DNA of 64,000 nucleotides from Flavobacteriaceae bacterium. GTDB taxonomy: Bacteria > Bacteroidota > Bacteroidia > Flavobacteriales > Flavobacteriaceae. The notes under the pieces were generated by a model, which saw nothing but the letters and a program-made list of their open reading frames with translations, ran no database searches and was not told the DNA's origin. Each line of letters opens with the position of its first letter. Position 1 is the first letter of the stretch. A program made the translations under genes and the position numbers. The stretch lies in contig JAQWNZ010000057.1 of NCBI GenBank assembly GCA_029246125.1, forward strand, positions 3,804-67,803, given 5' to 3'. This document shows positions 49,513 to 58,811 of the stretch, in pieces.

Positions 49513-50390
49513 TGAAAGTCTTTATTTTTCCGGGACAAGGAGCTCAATTTCCAGGGATGGGAAAAGAACTTTTTGAAAACAGTTCCATAGCAAAAAAGCG
49601 TTTTGATCAAGCAAACGAAATTTTAGGTTTTAATATTACCGAAATTATGTTTGGTGAAGATGATCAAGTACTAAAAGAAACAAAAGTTACACAACCCGCG
49701 ATATTTTTACACTCAACTATACTAAGTGAAGTCATGAATAATCGTTTCCGACCAGAAATGGTTGCAGGACATTCCCTAGGAGAGTTCTCTGCATTGGTTG
49801 CAGCAGGTGTTTTTAGGTTTGAAGAAGGCCTTTCACTGGTAACTGAGAGAGCTTTAGCCATGCAAGATGCCTGCAATGAAGAGCCAGGAACAATGGCAGC
49901 AATCTTAGGCTTAGAGGATGAAAAAGTAGAATCAATTTGTGAATCAATAACAGGAATTGTCATCCCAGCAAATTACAATTGTCCGGGACAAATAGTAATT
50001 TCTGGCACTTTGCAATCAGTTCAAAATGCCTGTGAAGCTCTCAAAGAAGCAGGGGCTCGAAGAGCCATTTTACTGCCTGTTGGTGGAGCATTTCATTCAC
50101 CGTTGATGGCACCAGCAAAAGATCGATTAGCAGAAGCCATTGAAAACACAAGCTTTCACTCGCCGAATTGTACTGTCTATCAAAATGTAACCGCTACAGG
50201 AATAACAGATCCTGAGAAAATTAGAACAAATCTCATAGCTCAGTTAACTGCCCCGGTTCAATGGACTCAATGTATTAAACAAATGATTGCTGATGGTGCT
50301 TCTCATTTCACAGAAGTTGGACCTGGAAAAGTACTTCAAGGATTGGTCAAAAAAATCGATAGAAGTATTGAAACCTGCTCAGGTGTATAA
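49512..50390 (+). CDS. fabD: ACP S-malonyltransferase
   Basis: FPGQGAQ, active-site GHSLGEFSAL, GAFHS. Confidence 0.95.
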   Translation: MKVFIFPGQGAQFPGMGKELFENSSIAKKRFDQANEILGFNITEIMFGEDDQVLKETKVTQPAIFLHSTILSEVMNNRFRPEMVAGHSLGEFSALVAAGVFRFEEGLSLVTERALAMQDACNEEPGTMAAILGLEDEKVESICESITGIVIPANYNCPGQIVISGTLQSVQNACEALKEAGARRAILLPVGGAFHSPLMAPAKDRLAEAIENTSFHSPNCTVYQNVTATGITDPEKIRTNLIAQLTAPVQWTQCIKQMIADGASHFTEVGPGKVLQGLVKKIDRSIETCSGV

Positions 50391-50395
50391 ACTTT

Positions 50396-51526
50396 TTAAG
50401 TAAAGAATTCTAGAACTGTTGAAGTTATGAAGTCAATTTGATCATGCGTTAGTTCTGAATGCATGGGCAATGAGATAACCTCTTTAACTAATTGATTAGT
50501 GACTGGAAAATTTGCCGAATCAATCTTAGGGTCTATATAGGCTTTTTGGGAGTGAAGAGGTACTGGATAATATATACCACAAGGTATTTCACGTTTATTT
50601 AAATAGTCCACCAAAGCATCTCTATCTGAATTAATAACTCGTAAAGTATACTGATGAAATACATGAGAATTACAAGCTCCTGCTATATGTGGCGTGACGA
50701 GGTTTTGATGATTTTTGAAATAATCTGAATATCGTATTGCAGCTTCTTTTCGTCGTTCATTATAAAAATCTAAATATTGTAACTTCACCTTTAATATCGA
50801 TGCCTGAAGGGTATCCAATCGAGAATTTACACCCACCACATCGTGATAGTAACGCTTATACATGCCATGATTTACTATTGCCCTAATATAATGAGCCAAC
50901 TCATCGTCATTTGTTAAAACAGCTCCCCCATCACCATAAGCTCCTAAGTTTTTTGAAGGAAAAAAGGAAGTTGCACCAACATTCCCTAAAGTCCCTGTTT
51001 TAGCCTCTTTTCCATTAGTAAAAGTGTGCGTTGCTCCTATAGCTTGCGCATTGTCTTCTAATACAAATAAATCGTATTTTTTTGCAAGCTCTAAAATGGA
51101 ATCCATGGCGGCGCATTGTCCAAAGAGATGGACAGGTATAATGGCTTTTGTTTTTGAAGTGATTGCCTTTTCAACAGCTTCTGGATCAATATTAAATGTC
51201 TGAGGATCTACATCCACTAAAACAGGCTTTAACTTCAATAATGATATAACTTCAGCAGTGGCAGCAAATGTAAAATCAGAAGTAATAACCTCATCACCTG
51301 GATCTAAATTAAACCCCATTAAAGAAATCTGAAGTGCATCTGTACCATTAGCACAAGGTATTACATGTTTGACGTTTAAGTAGTTTTCCATATCTGCCTG
51401 GAAAGCTTTTACCATTGGTCCATTGACAAAAGTAGAAGACTCAAAGACCTGCAACATATTATCAGATACTTCTTTTTTGATGAAGTTATACTGACTTTTT
51501 AAATCCACCATTTGGATTTTCTTCAT
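50396..51526 (-). CDS. DegT/DnrJ/EryC1/StrS-family sugar aminotransferase
   Basis: PCANGTDAL, and PLP-lysine context SFFPSKNLGAYGDGGA. Confidence 0.88.
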   Translation of the reverse strand: MKKIQMVDLKSQYNFIKKEVSDNMLQVFESSTFVNGPMVKAFQADMENYLNVKHVIPCANGTDALQISLMGFNLDPGDEVITSDFTFAATAEVISLLKLKPVLVDVDPQTFNIDPEAVEKAITSKTKAIIPVHLFGQCAAMDSILELAKKYDLFVLEDNAQAIGATHTFTNGKEAKTGTLGNVGATSFFPSKNLGAYGDGGAVLTNDDELAHYIRAIVNHGMYKRYYHDVVGVNSRLDTLQASILKVKLQYLDFYNERRKEAAIRYSDYFKNHQNLVTPHIAGACNSHVFHQYTLRVINSDRDALVDYLNKREIPCGIYYPVPLHSQKAYIDPKIDSANFPVTNQLVKEVISLPMHSELTHDQIDFITSTVLEFFT

Positions 51527-51564
51527 TAGCTTTTTTTAAAATTAAATAAATAAGAATTTTCTCA

Positions 51565-52407
51565 CTAAACCAAATTTTCAAATCGTTTTGGAATTCGAAT
51601 CAAAGCATTTCCTTTTAAAGGAGCGGGCTTATTCCAAGCATACCATTTTCTTTTTGTAGCAAAGAACATTCGTGCTTTTTTAAAGAAATAATCTCCCTCC
51701 TGAGCATTTTGGGTTTTTATAATTTCGTAAAGCTGAAATCTTCTGTCAAAATGACCTTTCCAACCTGTAGAAAGCAATTGTTTATTTTGGGTATTCTCTA
51801 TAGCATTTGCGAGATCTACTAAACCAAAATGAAATAAAAATAAATTATTATCAATAGTAAAGTTTTTCCATTTTATTCGATGGAATCCAGAGCCCCATTG
51901 TAAAGGTTTAAAAGAAACAATAGGTTTAGTGTAACGATCTGAAACTTGTGCAAAAGCCCTTTGTGAAAGAAAAGGTTTGCTTAAATCAATAGGCTTTTCA
52001 ATACTTGGATGTTGACCAACATCTAAACCTAGTGCGGACAAAGAACTGCTTTTAAAGTCTTTAGATAAATAGTCTTTTAAGGAAATTTTTAGAAAAGGAT
52101 CTACTGTTAGAAATTCATCAATATCCATAGCTAAAACAATCTCATACTTTACAAATAAATCACATGCAAATTTTGAAATATATCTTGAGCGTTTTCGATC
52201 TGATTTTACTCGGCTGTATTCAACATGAGGGATTTGATAAGAGTTTATCTTTTTTGAGAGACTTGGGAGTTTTTGATCCAAACCATCGATAAATAGATAT
52301 AAATTTTCGAACCCAAACTGACTTCCATAATAAGTAATCCATTTATCGGCAAAAAAAGTATCACTTCGAACCATTGAAATTACTGCTATAGTCTTTGTTT
52401 TTTTCAT
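51565..52407 (-). CDS. putative glycosyltransferase (GT2/GT92-like, DxDEF motif)
   Basis: N-terminal IAVISMVRSD...YYGSQFG and LAMDIDEFL motif. Overlaps the Stealth gene stop by 4 nt. Family assignment is tentative. Confidence 0.45.
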   Translation of the reverse strand: MKKTKTIAVISMVRSDTFFADKWITYYGSQFGFENLYLFIDGLDQKLPSLSKKINSYQIPHVEYSRVKSDRKRSRYISKFACDLFVKYEIVLAMDIDEFLTVDPFLKISLKDYLSKDFKSSSLSALGLDVGQHPSIEKPIDLSKPFLSQRAFAQVSDRYTKPIVSFKPLQWGSGFHRIKWKNFTIDNNLFLFHFGLVDLANAIENTQNKQLLSTGWKGHFDRRFQLYEIIKTQNAQEGDYFFKKARMFFATKRKWYAWNKPAPLKGNALIRIPKRFENLV

Positions 52408-53417
52408 TTCAAATCTAATTTAAGTAACCCTCTCATTTTTTGAACTACCTTTTCTTGATCTTGTTTATTTGCTAAATCCAAACTTTGTACACAAATAAAA
52501 AGGAAGTTTTCATTCATTTCTGCTAAATTAAACTTATGATCAACATAATCTTCTCCTCGGTCATGCGGTTGGAGATATATAGCTTGAGTTTTCATCATAT
52601 TTTTGTTTCCTGACTGAATCTCTAAATGATTAGCTAATGCAACAGTATTGAATTGAAAATAATTCCTGAAGCGAAAAGAAATATTGTTTTCCAATATTTT
52701 GGGGTTAGAATCAAAGTAATTTTTTAAGGTTTGTTTACTAAGTGCCAAAGGGGTATGTCCTGACCTAAAATAATGCCACTTAAACCCCAACATTTTAGCG
52801 GCATTCCATTGGTTTACCTGAAAAGAAGCTAAACGTTCTTTATTTATTTTTGAAGAAAAAAGCCAATTGCCTTTTTCTTTCAATCCATCCACCAACAAAC
52901 GCTCAAAGGGAGGAAAGCTCCACTTTCCTCGCAAGACTGGTTTATCACCTACAAACCAATCTGTAGGAGAAATATGTCTTAAAAGAAAAATATCGTCATT
53001 AAAATAAACGAATTGATCTGATAGCCCTTTAATTCTCCAGAGCATATTGCTGATACATATGCTATTAAAAGTGGGTATATGCTGCTCATATCCTTCAAAT
53101 ATCTCTTTATGATCAACGATGGAAATATCATTGATTCGTTCAGGAAAATACTTTTTAACAGAACGATCAATTTTGGGGACTTGTTGATCAGTAACTATAA
53201 AAATATTTCGTACGAAGGGTGCAAATTTTAATATCGAAAGAATACAATATTTAACTTCATTCAAGGAATGAAAACGAGTTTGAGTAGAACCTGGATGAAA
53301 AAAAAAGTCATTAGATTTGATAAAATTTAGTCTTTTTTTTTGAAGTACAGGGTCTTTACCATCTACCCATGCAACGACAATATCTATCGGATGTTCTACA
53401 AATTTTTCCACGATCAT
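52404..53417 (-). CDS. Stealth-family sugar-1-phosphate transferase (capsule/EPS phosphotransferase)
   Basis: Stealth CR1 IDIVVAWVDGKDP. CR2 VKYCILSILKFAPFVRNIFIVTDQQVP...HKEIF...IPTFNS...YFNDDIFL. CR3-like GHTPLAL. Confidence 0.8.
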   Translation of the reverse strand: MIVEKFVEHPIDIVVAWVDGKDPVLQKKRLNFIKSNDFFFHPGSTQTRFHSLNEVKYCILSILKFAPFVRNIFIVTDQQVPKIDRSVKKYFPERINDISIVDHKEIFEGYEQHIPTFNSICISNMLWRIKGLSDQFVYFNDDIFLLRHISPTDWFVGDKPVLRGKWSFPPFERLLVDGLKEKGNWLFSSKINKERLASFQVNQWNAAKMLGFKWHYFRSGHTPLALSKQTLKNYFDSNPKILENNISFRFRNYFQFNTVALANHLEIQSGNKNMMKTQAIYLQPHDRGEDYVDHKFNLAEMNENFLFICVQSLDLANKQDQEKVVQKMRGLLKLDLK

Positions 53418-53506
53418 TTATACAGGTTAAAGATAATCATTTGTGATTTGGTTAAAATGACAACAAAACTCAGAATTAAAAATTAAATTTAAAATACAAG
53501 GAATTG

Positions 53507-53514
53507 TATATTTG
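53507..53514 (+). promoter_or_regulatory. candidate -7 promoter box (TATATTTG)
   Basis: TAnnTTTG match 27 nt upstream of ATG 53542. It overlaps the TTG used as the track ORF start, which argues against that start. Confidence 0.3.
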
Positions 53515-53541
53515 ATTCAATTTAAAATTCATAGTCAAACA

Positions 53542-54585
53542 ATGAAAAAAAATATTATTCTCTTGCTTTTTACTAGCATTAGTTTTGGTCAATCAGAAGA
53601 TAAATTACCTAATATTATTCTCATGATTGGAGATGGAATGGGACTTTCTCATATAACTGCTGGGATGTATGCCAACAACAATAAAACCATACTTGAAGAG
53701 TTTGAGTATATAGGATTATCAAAGACTCATTCATTAAATTATTTGATTACAGATTCTGCAGCCTCAGGAACAGCAATGGCTTCAGGAGTAAAAACCCTTA
53801 ACAGAGTTGTAGGGATAGATGAAAATAATAAGAAGACTAAAAGTATTTTGGAAATTTGTAAAGAAAAAAAATACAATGTTGGCCTTGTTGTTACATCTGA
53901 AATAGTCCATGCAACACCTGCATCTTTTTATGCTAAAGTTCAATCAAGATATAATTATGAAGATATAGCACTTCAATTAAGTGAACATGACGTTGATTTG
54001 TTTGTTGGAGGTGGAAAGGATTACTTCAATAAAAGGAAAGACAAAAGAAATTTATTAGAGGAAATGTCTGATTATACTTTTATTGATAGTTTTGATGAAT
54101 TTAAAAATTCCTCTTCAAAAAAAATTGGCTTTTTGACATACCCAGGCAAGCCTCCTTCAAAAGCCTTAGGGAGAAAACCTAGTCTTGATGATCTCACCGA
54201 AATAAGTTTAAAAAAAATGTCTAGTGAAAGACCTTTTTTTATGATGATAGAAAGTTCACAGATTGATTGGGGAGCACATGATAACTCTTTAACCTATGTT
54301 CTTTCTGAGCTTAAAGAATTTGATTCGGCTATTTCAAAAGCTTTAGAATTTGCTATAGCTGATGGAAATACGTTAATTATTGTAACCTCTGATCATGAAA
54401 CTGGAGGTCTTTCTTTAAGTGGTGGAAATGTAAAAAAATCTCGTGTTAAAGCTGATTTTTCAACAGGTGGACATAGTGGATCAATGGTTCCTGTTTTTAG
54501 TTATGGCCCAAATTCTGAATTATTTTCAGGTATATATGATAATACTTCTATATTTGATAAAATGCTAGAAATTATTAAAAATTAG
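53542..54585 (+). CDS. alkaline phosphatase (PhoA family), secreted
   Basis: Signal peptide MKKNIILLLF..., DGMG, active-site TDSAASGTA, SDHETGG. Confidence 0.88.
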   Translation: MKKNIILLLFTSISFGQSEDKLPNIILMIGDGMGLSHITAGMYANNNKTILEEFEYIGLSKTHSLNYLITDSAASGTAMASGVKTLNRVVGIDENNKKTKSILEICKEKKYNVGLVVTSEIVHATPASFYAKVQSRYNYEDIALQLSEHDVDLFVGGGKDYFNKRKDKRNLLEEMSDYTFIDSFDEFKNSSSKKIGFLTYPGKPPSKALGRKPSLDDLTEISLKKMSSERPFFMMIESSQIDWGAHDNSLTYVLSELKEFDSAISKALEFAIADGNTLIIVTSDHETGGLSLSGGNVKKSRVKADFSTGGHSGSMVPVFSYGPNSELFSGIYDNTSIFDKMLEIIKN

Positions 54586-54589
54586 CTAT

Positions 54590-55633
54590 CTATTTTGTTC
54601 GAGCCTCGGCCACAATCGATTTTTCAAATTTTGAATTATCTTCAAGAATCTCATAAAATGAACCCATAAATTCTATCATAGTTTGAAATTCTTTTGGATC
54701 TGAAAATTCGCTTTCGTAAGAGCCTACCATATACATTATAGAATCTTTTTTATCAATAAACTGCTCTCTTACTTCATCAAAGTATTGTTTCTCTCTCTTA
54801 AAACCTCTATATTTTCTGTCCTTAACTGAATTAATTCCTAAAGTTGTATTTACTGTAGCATAACTTGGATTAACCCAGCCTGTCATATCAAAATCATAGG
54901 GTAATGGTATAATTTCTTTATTAACATAAAGTAACTTTCCATTATGTTGATATGCAACAGAAAAGTCAGTATTTCCGAGTAAATATTGAAAAAAGGCATT
55001 TTGAACTGAAGTTAGATGTTGCATTGCCATTGGGTGGATAAAACGCTCCATTACTTTCCCTTCATGACGTTTAGCTACTCTTTTATCATCTTCAATTAAA
55101 AACCCCTTCAGCTGAAAAGATTTCATTTTCTTACCTCTAGGTTCTGTAAATTCTATATTAACTCTTTTAGTTTTAAAATGAAAAGGGGATATTTTTTCAT
55201 AAATCTTGTAAGCAATAAATTCTTGCAAAACATTATCGTTATTTTCATTTTCTATCAAACATGGCATAACCAGTTTCATAGTTTTATTCCCGTCAAAAAG
55301 TGTTCCAGAATATTGTGCCTTTTTGATTTTCATCTTCACAGGGGGGAAGTAACATTTATTTCTACGGAAATTTCCTCTAGCTCTAAGGTTCACCTCAATA
55401 TCTAACCACTTATCATTATGAAAATAAGACATAGAAGTTGTAATGAAAGTAGAATCGTCTGTATTTCTATTTAAATCCTTATTAGAATATCCTAATTTAA
55501 TTTCTAAAGGTGTTTGATCTTTATATAGTTCATCTGACTTTTGAGTATTTTGCCCTGAGAGTAGACCCGTGAACAGCAAAATGAATGAACATAACACTTG
55601 TTTATTCATAATATAGTTAATAAATTCACTCAA
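54590..55633 (-). CDS. hypothetical secreted protein
   Basis: Signal peptide (VLCSFILLFTGLLSGQ). No motif I recognise. The start may be ATG 55609. Confidence 0.5.
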   Translation of the reverse strand: MSEFINYIMNKQVLCSFILLFTGLLSGQNTQKSDELYKDQTPLEIKLGYSNKDLNRNTDDSTFITTSMSYFHNDKWLDIEVNLRARGNFRRNKCYFPPVKMKIKKAQYSGTLFDGNKTMKLVMPCLIENENNDNVLQEFIAYKIYEKISPFHFKTKRVNIEFTEPRGKKMKSFQLKGFLIEDDKRVAKRHEGKVMERFIHPMAMQHLTSVQNAFFQYLLGNTDFSVAYQHNGKLLYVNKEIIPLPYDFDMTGWVNPSYATVNTTLGINSVKDRKYRGFKREKQYFDEVREQFIDKKDSIMYMVGSYESEFSDPKEFQTMIEFMGSFYEILEDNSKFEKSIVAEARTK

Positions 55634-55652
55634 ATATAATAAATGTTTCTTT

Positions 55653-56393
55653 ATGTCTAGATACCTAAGTATTCTGAATTACCGTACTTTGATAACACTT
55701 ATACTCTCACTAATTGTACCGTTAGTAGCCTATCAATTTAAGGTGGTTTATAACATTGACTTAACCCTTATGAGTATTGCTATTATTTTTCCTTTAGTTT
55801 TCACAATTCGTGGAGCATTTAGAAGAAGAGAAAAAGCACTAGAACATTTGAGTTTGTATCGAGCTGGTTTAAAAACAATTGAAAATTTAATTCAATTTTC
55901 ACCAAAAATAGATGATCGGGCTAAGCTTGATGGTCAGAGTAAAATAAACATACTTAACAGCGCACTCTACAATCATTTAACTACTAAAAATGAAGATCCT
56001 TCAGAATTTGATAATGCATACGAAGATTTTTTGGATTATATGAGAAAAAATAGTGATACAATAACAGGAGGATCTAGAGAAAAAATTTTTCGCTTTCTCA
56101 AAGACGTTTTGGATAGTGCAGATAACTTAATAGCTATCCACTCTCACCGAACACCAATAAGTTTGAAAGCTTACTGTCTCATTTTTATATATATTTTTCC
56201 GGTTATCTACACCCCTACGATTATTAATAAAATAGGAATCGATAATCCTAGCTGGTTAACTTTTTTTATTGTAATACTTAGTGAGTTTATTTTAATATCC
56301 CTTTACAATATCCAAGATCAAATGGAACACCCTTTTGACGATGATGGTTTAGATGATATCAAACTTAAGCTTTTTAGTATCAAGAGGAAATGA
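55653..56393 (+). CDS. hypothetical membrane protein, distantly bestrophin/UPF0187-like
   Basis: Two pairs of TM helices. The C-terminal MEHPFDDDGLDDIKL resembles the bestrophin-homologue (I/L)E.PFG.D.NDL motif. Weak call. Confidence 0.3.
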   Translation: MSRYLSILNYRTLITLILSLIVPLVAYQFKVVYNIDLTLMSIAIIFPLVFTIRGAFRRREKALEHLSLYRAGLKTIENLIQFSPKIDDRAKLDGQSKINILNSALYNHLTTKNEDPSEFDNAYEDFLDYMRKNSDTITGGSREKIFRFLKDVLDSADNLIAIHSHRTPISLKAYCLIFIYIFPVIYTPTIINKIGIDNPSWLTFFIVILSEFILISLYNIQDQMEHPFDDDGLDDIKLKLFSIKRK

Positions 56394-56490
56394 TTTTTTT
56401 TAATAGATAATTAAAAATTGTACCTTTTAATTTCAAGGAATAAGTGAATTTTTAATAACTCATTCTCCTTAATATTATTATTTTTTATAA

Positions 56491-58203
56491 ATGAAAAACT
56501 TACTTTTTACAGCTGCTTTGATTTTAATTGTCGCATGCAACAATTCAACGCCAGAACAAGAACTTAATTCATTGATTGAAACTTATCAAGATTATAAAAA
56601 AGACCCTAATACGGATTATCCGCTTGGAGACCACAGTGAGTACCGATTTGAAAAACAGGCAACTTTTTGTGATTCCCTTTTAACTCAATTAAAAAAAATT
56701 AATGCTAAAAATTTTACTGAAGATGATAAAATTTCATTCAAACTTCTTGAATTTGTTTTAAATGAGGCGATAACCAAATACAAATTCAAAATGCATTGGA
56801 ATCCAATTCTTTCTGATGCTGGATTTCATACAAGCTTAACTTACCGTGTTCGACCCATAACTAGTAAAAAAAATGCAGTGAATTATCTAAAATTACTAAA
56901 GGCTATACCCCTTTTCATCAAACAACAAACTGAACTAATTAAAAAGGGACTTGAAGCCGGAATGGGTCAGCCCTTAGTAATTTTCAAAGGATATGAATCA
57001 ACTTATGAACAACACATAACTGCTACTGCTGAGGAAAATTTTTATTATAGCCCTTTTTTAAACCTTCCAAATCCTCTTTCTCAGGGAGAGAAAGACTCCC
57101 TTAAAACTGCTGCAAAAAATATTATTTTAGAAGATGTGATTCCAAGTTTTCGATATGTCAAAACTTTTCTTGAGAACGAATATTATCCAAAAACCAGAAA
57201 ATCAATTGGTATTTCTGATATACCGGACGGAAGAGCATATTACCAGAGTCGAATAGATTACTATAGTACTCTAGAATTAACTCCAGAAGAAATTCATCAG
57301 AAAGGACTTGATGAAGTGGCTAGAATTAAAGCCCAAATGGAAGAAATTATTCAAGAAGTAAATTTTAAAGGAACACTTAAGGAATTTATCATGTTTCTTC
57401 GAAACGATCCTCAATTCTATGCAAAAACACCAGAAGAACTTCTTAAACACGCTCGAAATATTGCAAAAAAACTAGATGAACAATTGCCTCGATATTTTAA
57501 AACATTACCTAGAAAACCTTATGGTGTTGCTCCAGTACCAGACGCTATTGCACCAAAATACACTGGTGGTCGCTATATTGGCACTTCACCAGAAAGTACT
57601 GATCCAGGATATTATTGGGTTAATACATTCAACCTGCCTAGTAGGCCTCTGTATGTTATTCCCTCCCTCACAGCACATGAAGCTGTTCCAGGGCATCATC
57701 TACAAGGGGCATTGAATCAGGAACTTCCTAAAAGCATTCCTCAATTTAGGAGGAACTTATACCTCTCAGCTTATGGTGAGGGTTGGGGACTCTACACTGA
57801 ATTTCTAGCAAATGAAATGGGAATCTACACAACACCATATGAGCATTTTGGAAAATTAACTTATGAAATGTGGCGTGCTTGTAGGCTTGTTGTGGATACG
57901 GGCATGCACGTCTTTGATTGGACTCGTCAAAGGGCTGTAGAATTTATGACTGAAAATACTGCACTCTCTATACATGAAGTTAATACTGAAATTGACAGAT
58001 ATATATCATGGCCAGGGCAAGCTCTTTCATACAAAATTGGAGAGCTAAAAATTCGTGAATTAAGAGAATTAGCTGAGAATGAATTAGGAAGTGCGTTTGA
58101 TATTCGAGAATTCCACGAACAAATTCTTGAAAAAGGAACTCTTACTTTACCTCTTCTAGAATCAAGAATTTTAAATTTCATAAGAAACAATAAACCAAAG
58201 TAA
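56491..58203 (+). CDS. DUF885-family lipoprotein (metallopeptidase-like HExxGHH site)
   Basis: Lipobox LILIVAC. HEAVPGHHLQG and EGWGLYTE motifs characteristic of DUF885. Confidence 0.8.
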   Translation: MKNLLFTAALILIVACNNSTPEQELNSLIETYQDYKKDPNTDYPLGDHSEYRFEKQATFCDSLLTQLKKINAKNFTEDDKISFKLLEFVLNEAITKYKFKMHWNPILSDAGFHTSLTYRVRPITSKKNAVNYLKLLKAIPLFIKQQTELIKKGLEAGMGQPLVIFKGYESTYEQHITATAEENFYYSPFLNLPNPLSQGEKDSLKTAAKNIILEDVIPSFRYVKTFLENEYYPKTRKSIGISDIPDGRAYYQSRIDYYSTLELTPEEIHQKGLDEVARIKAQMEEIIQEVNFKGTLKEFIMFLRNDPQFYAKTPEELLKHARNIAKKLDEQLPRYFKTLPRKPYGVAPVPDAIAPKYTGGRYIGTSPESTDPGYYWVNTFNLPSRPLYVIPSLTAHEAVPGHHLQGALNQELPKSIPQFRRNLYLSAYGEGWGLYTEFLANEMGIYTTPYEHFGKLTYEMWRACRLVVDTGMHVFDWTRQRAVEFMTENTALSIHEVNTEIDRYISWPGQALSYKIGELKIRELRELAENELGSAFDIREFHEQILEKGTLTLPLLESRILNFIRNNKPK

Positions 58204-58265
58204 TTAAAATCAAGTTTTTTGATAATTGAATTTCTAATTTATAATCAATTTAAATTATAAAAAAA

Positions 58266-58301
58266 CAGTTTTTAAAGGAATTTCAAAAACTGAAATTTTT
58301 T
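58266..58301 (+). terminator. candidate intrinsic terminator after the DUF885 gene
   Basis: CAGTTTTTAAA-GGAA-TTT(C)AAAAACTG hairpin followed by AAATTTTTT. A/U-rich stem. Confidence 0.4.
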
Positions 58302-58346
58302 ATATTTAGGTGAATAAAGATCTGATTAAAAATAGGTTACTAAATC

Positions 58347-58802
58347 ATGGAAGAGTTTCAATTAAATGTTAATGGTAAAAATATAGAAGTTAAGGTTGAT
58401 CCAAATACACCCATCCTTTGGGTGCTACGAGATAAATTAAAACTTGTAGGGACAAAGTTTGGGTGTGGGATTGCACAGTGTGGTGCATGTACAATTCATT
58501 TGAATGGGGCTGCGGTGCGCTCTTGCCAATTACCAATATCTTCTGTTGGAAAAAATAAAGTGACTACAATCGAGGGGCTGTCTGAAAACGGGAACCATCC
58601 CGTTCAAAAAGCCTGGCTAGAACACGATGTCCCTCAATGTGGATATTGTCAATCTGGTCAAATCATGAGTGCCACTGCACTTTTGGAAGTTAATCCGAAT
58701 CCATCTGACGATGAAATTGATTCTGCTATGAATGGAAATATATGTAGATGTGGTACTTATACTCGAATAAAAGCAGCAATAAAAACTGCCTCAAAATCAT
58801 AA
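58347..58802 (+). CDS. (2Fe-2S)-binding small subunit of a xanthine dehydrogenase-family molybdoenzyme (IorA-like)
   Basis: Two [2Fe-2S] cysteine clusters: [12 protein letters not shown]...C and CGYCQSG...CRCGTY. Confidence 0.9.
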   Translation: MEEFQLNVNGKNIEVKVDPNTPILWVLRDKLKLVGTKFGCGIAQCGACTIHLNGAAVRSCQLPISSVGKNKVTTIEGLSENGNHPVQKAWLEHDVPQCGYCQSGQIMSATALLEVNPNPSDDEIDSAMNGNICRCGTYTRIKAAIKTASKS

Positions 58803-58811
58803 AAAATTCAT

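Noticed and set aside
58204-58346. 143-nt gap upstream of the molybdoenzyme genes, checked for a Moco riboswitch
   Set aside because: The sequence is almost entirely A/T, with only the terminator-like hairpin. Nothing resembles the GC-containing multi-stem Moco motif.
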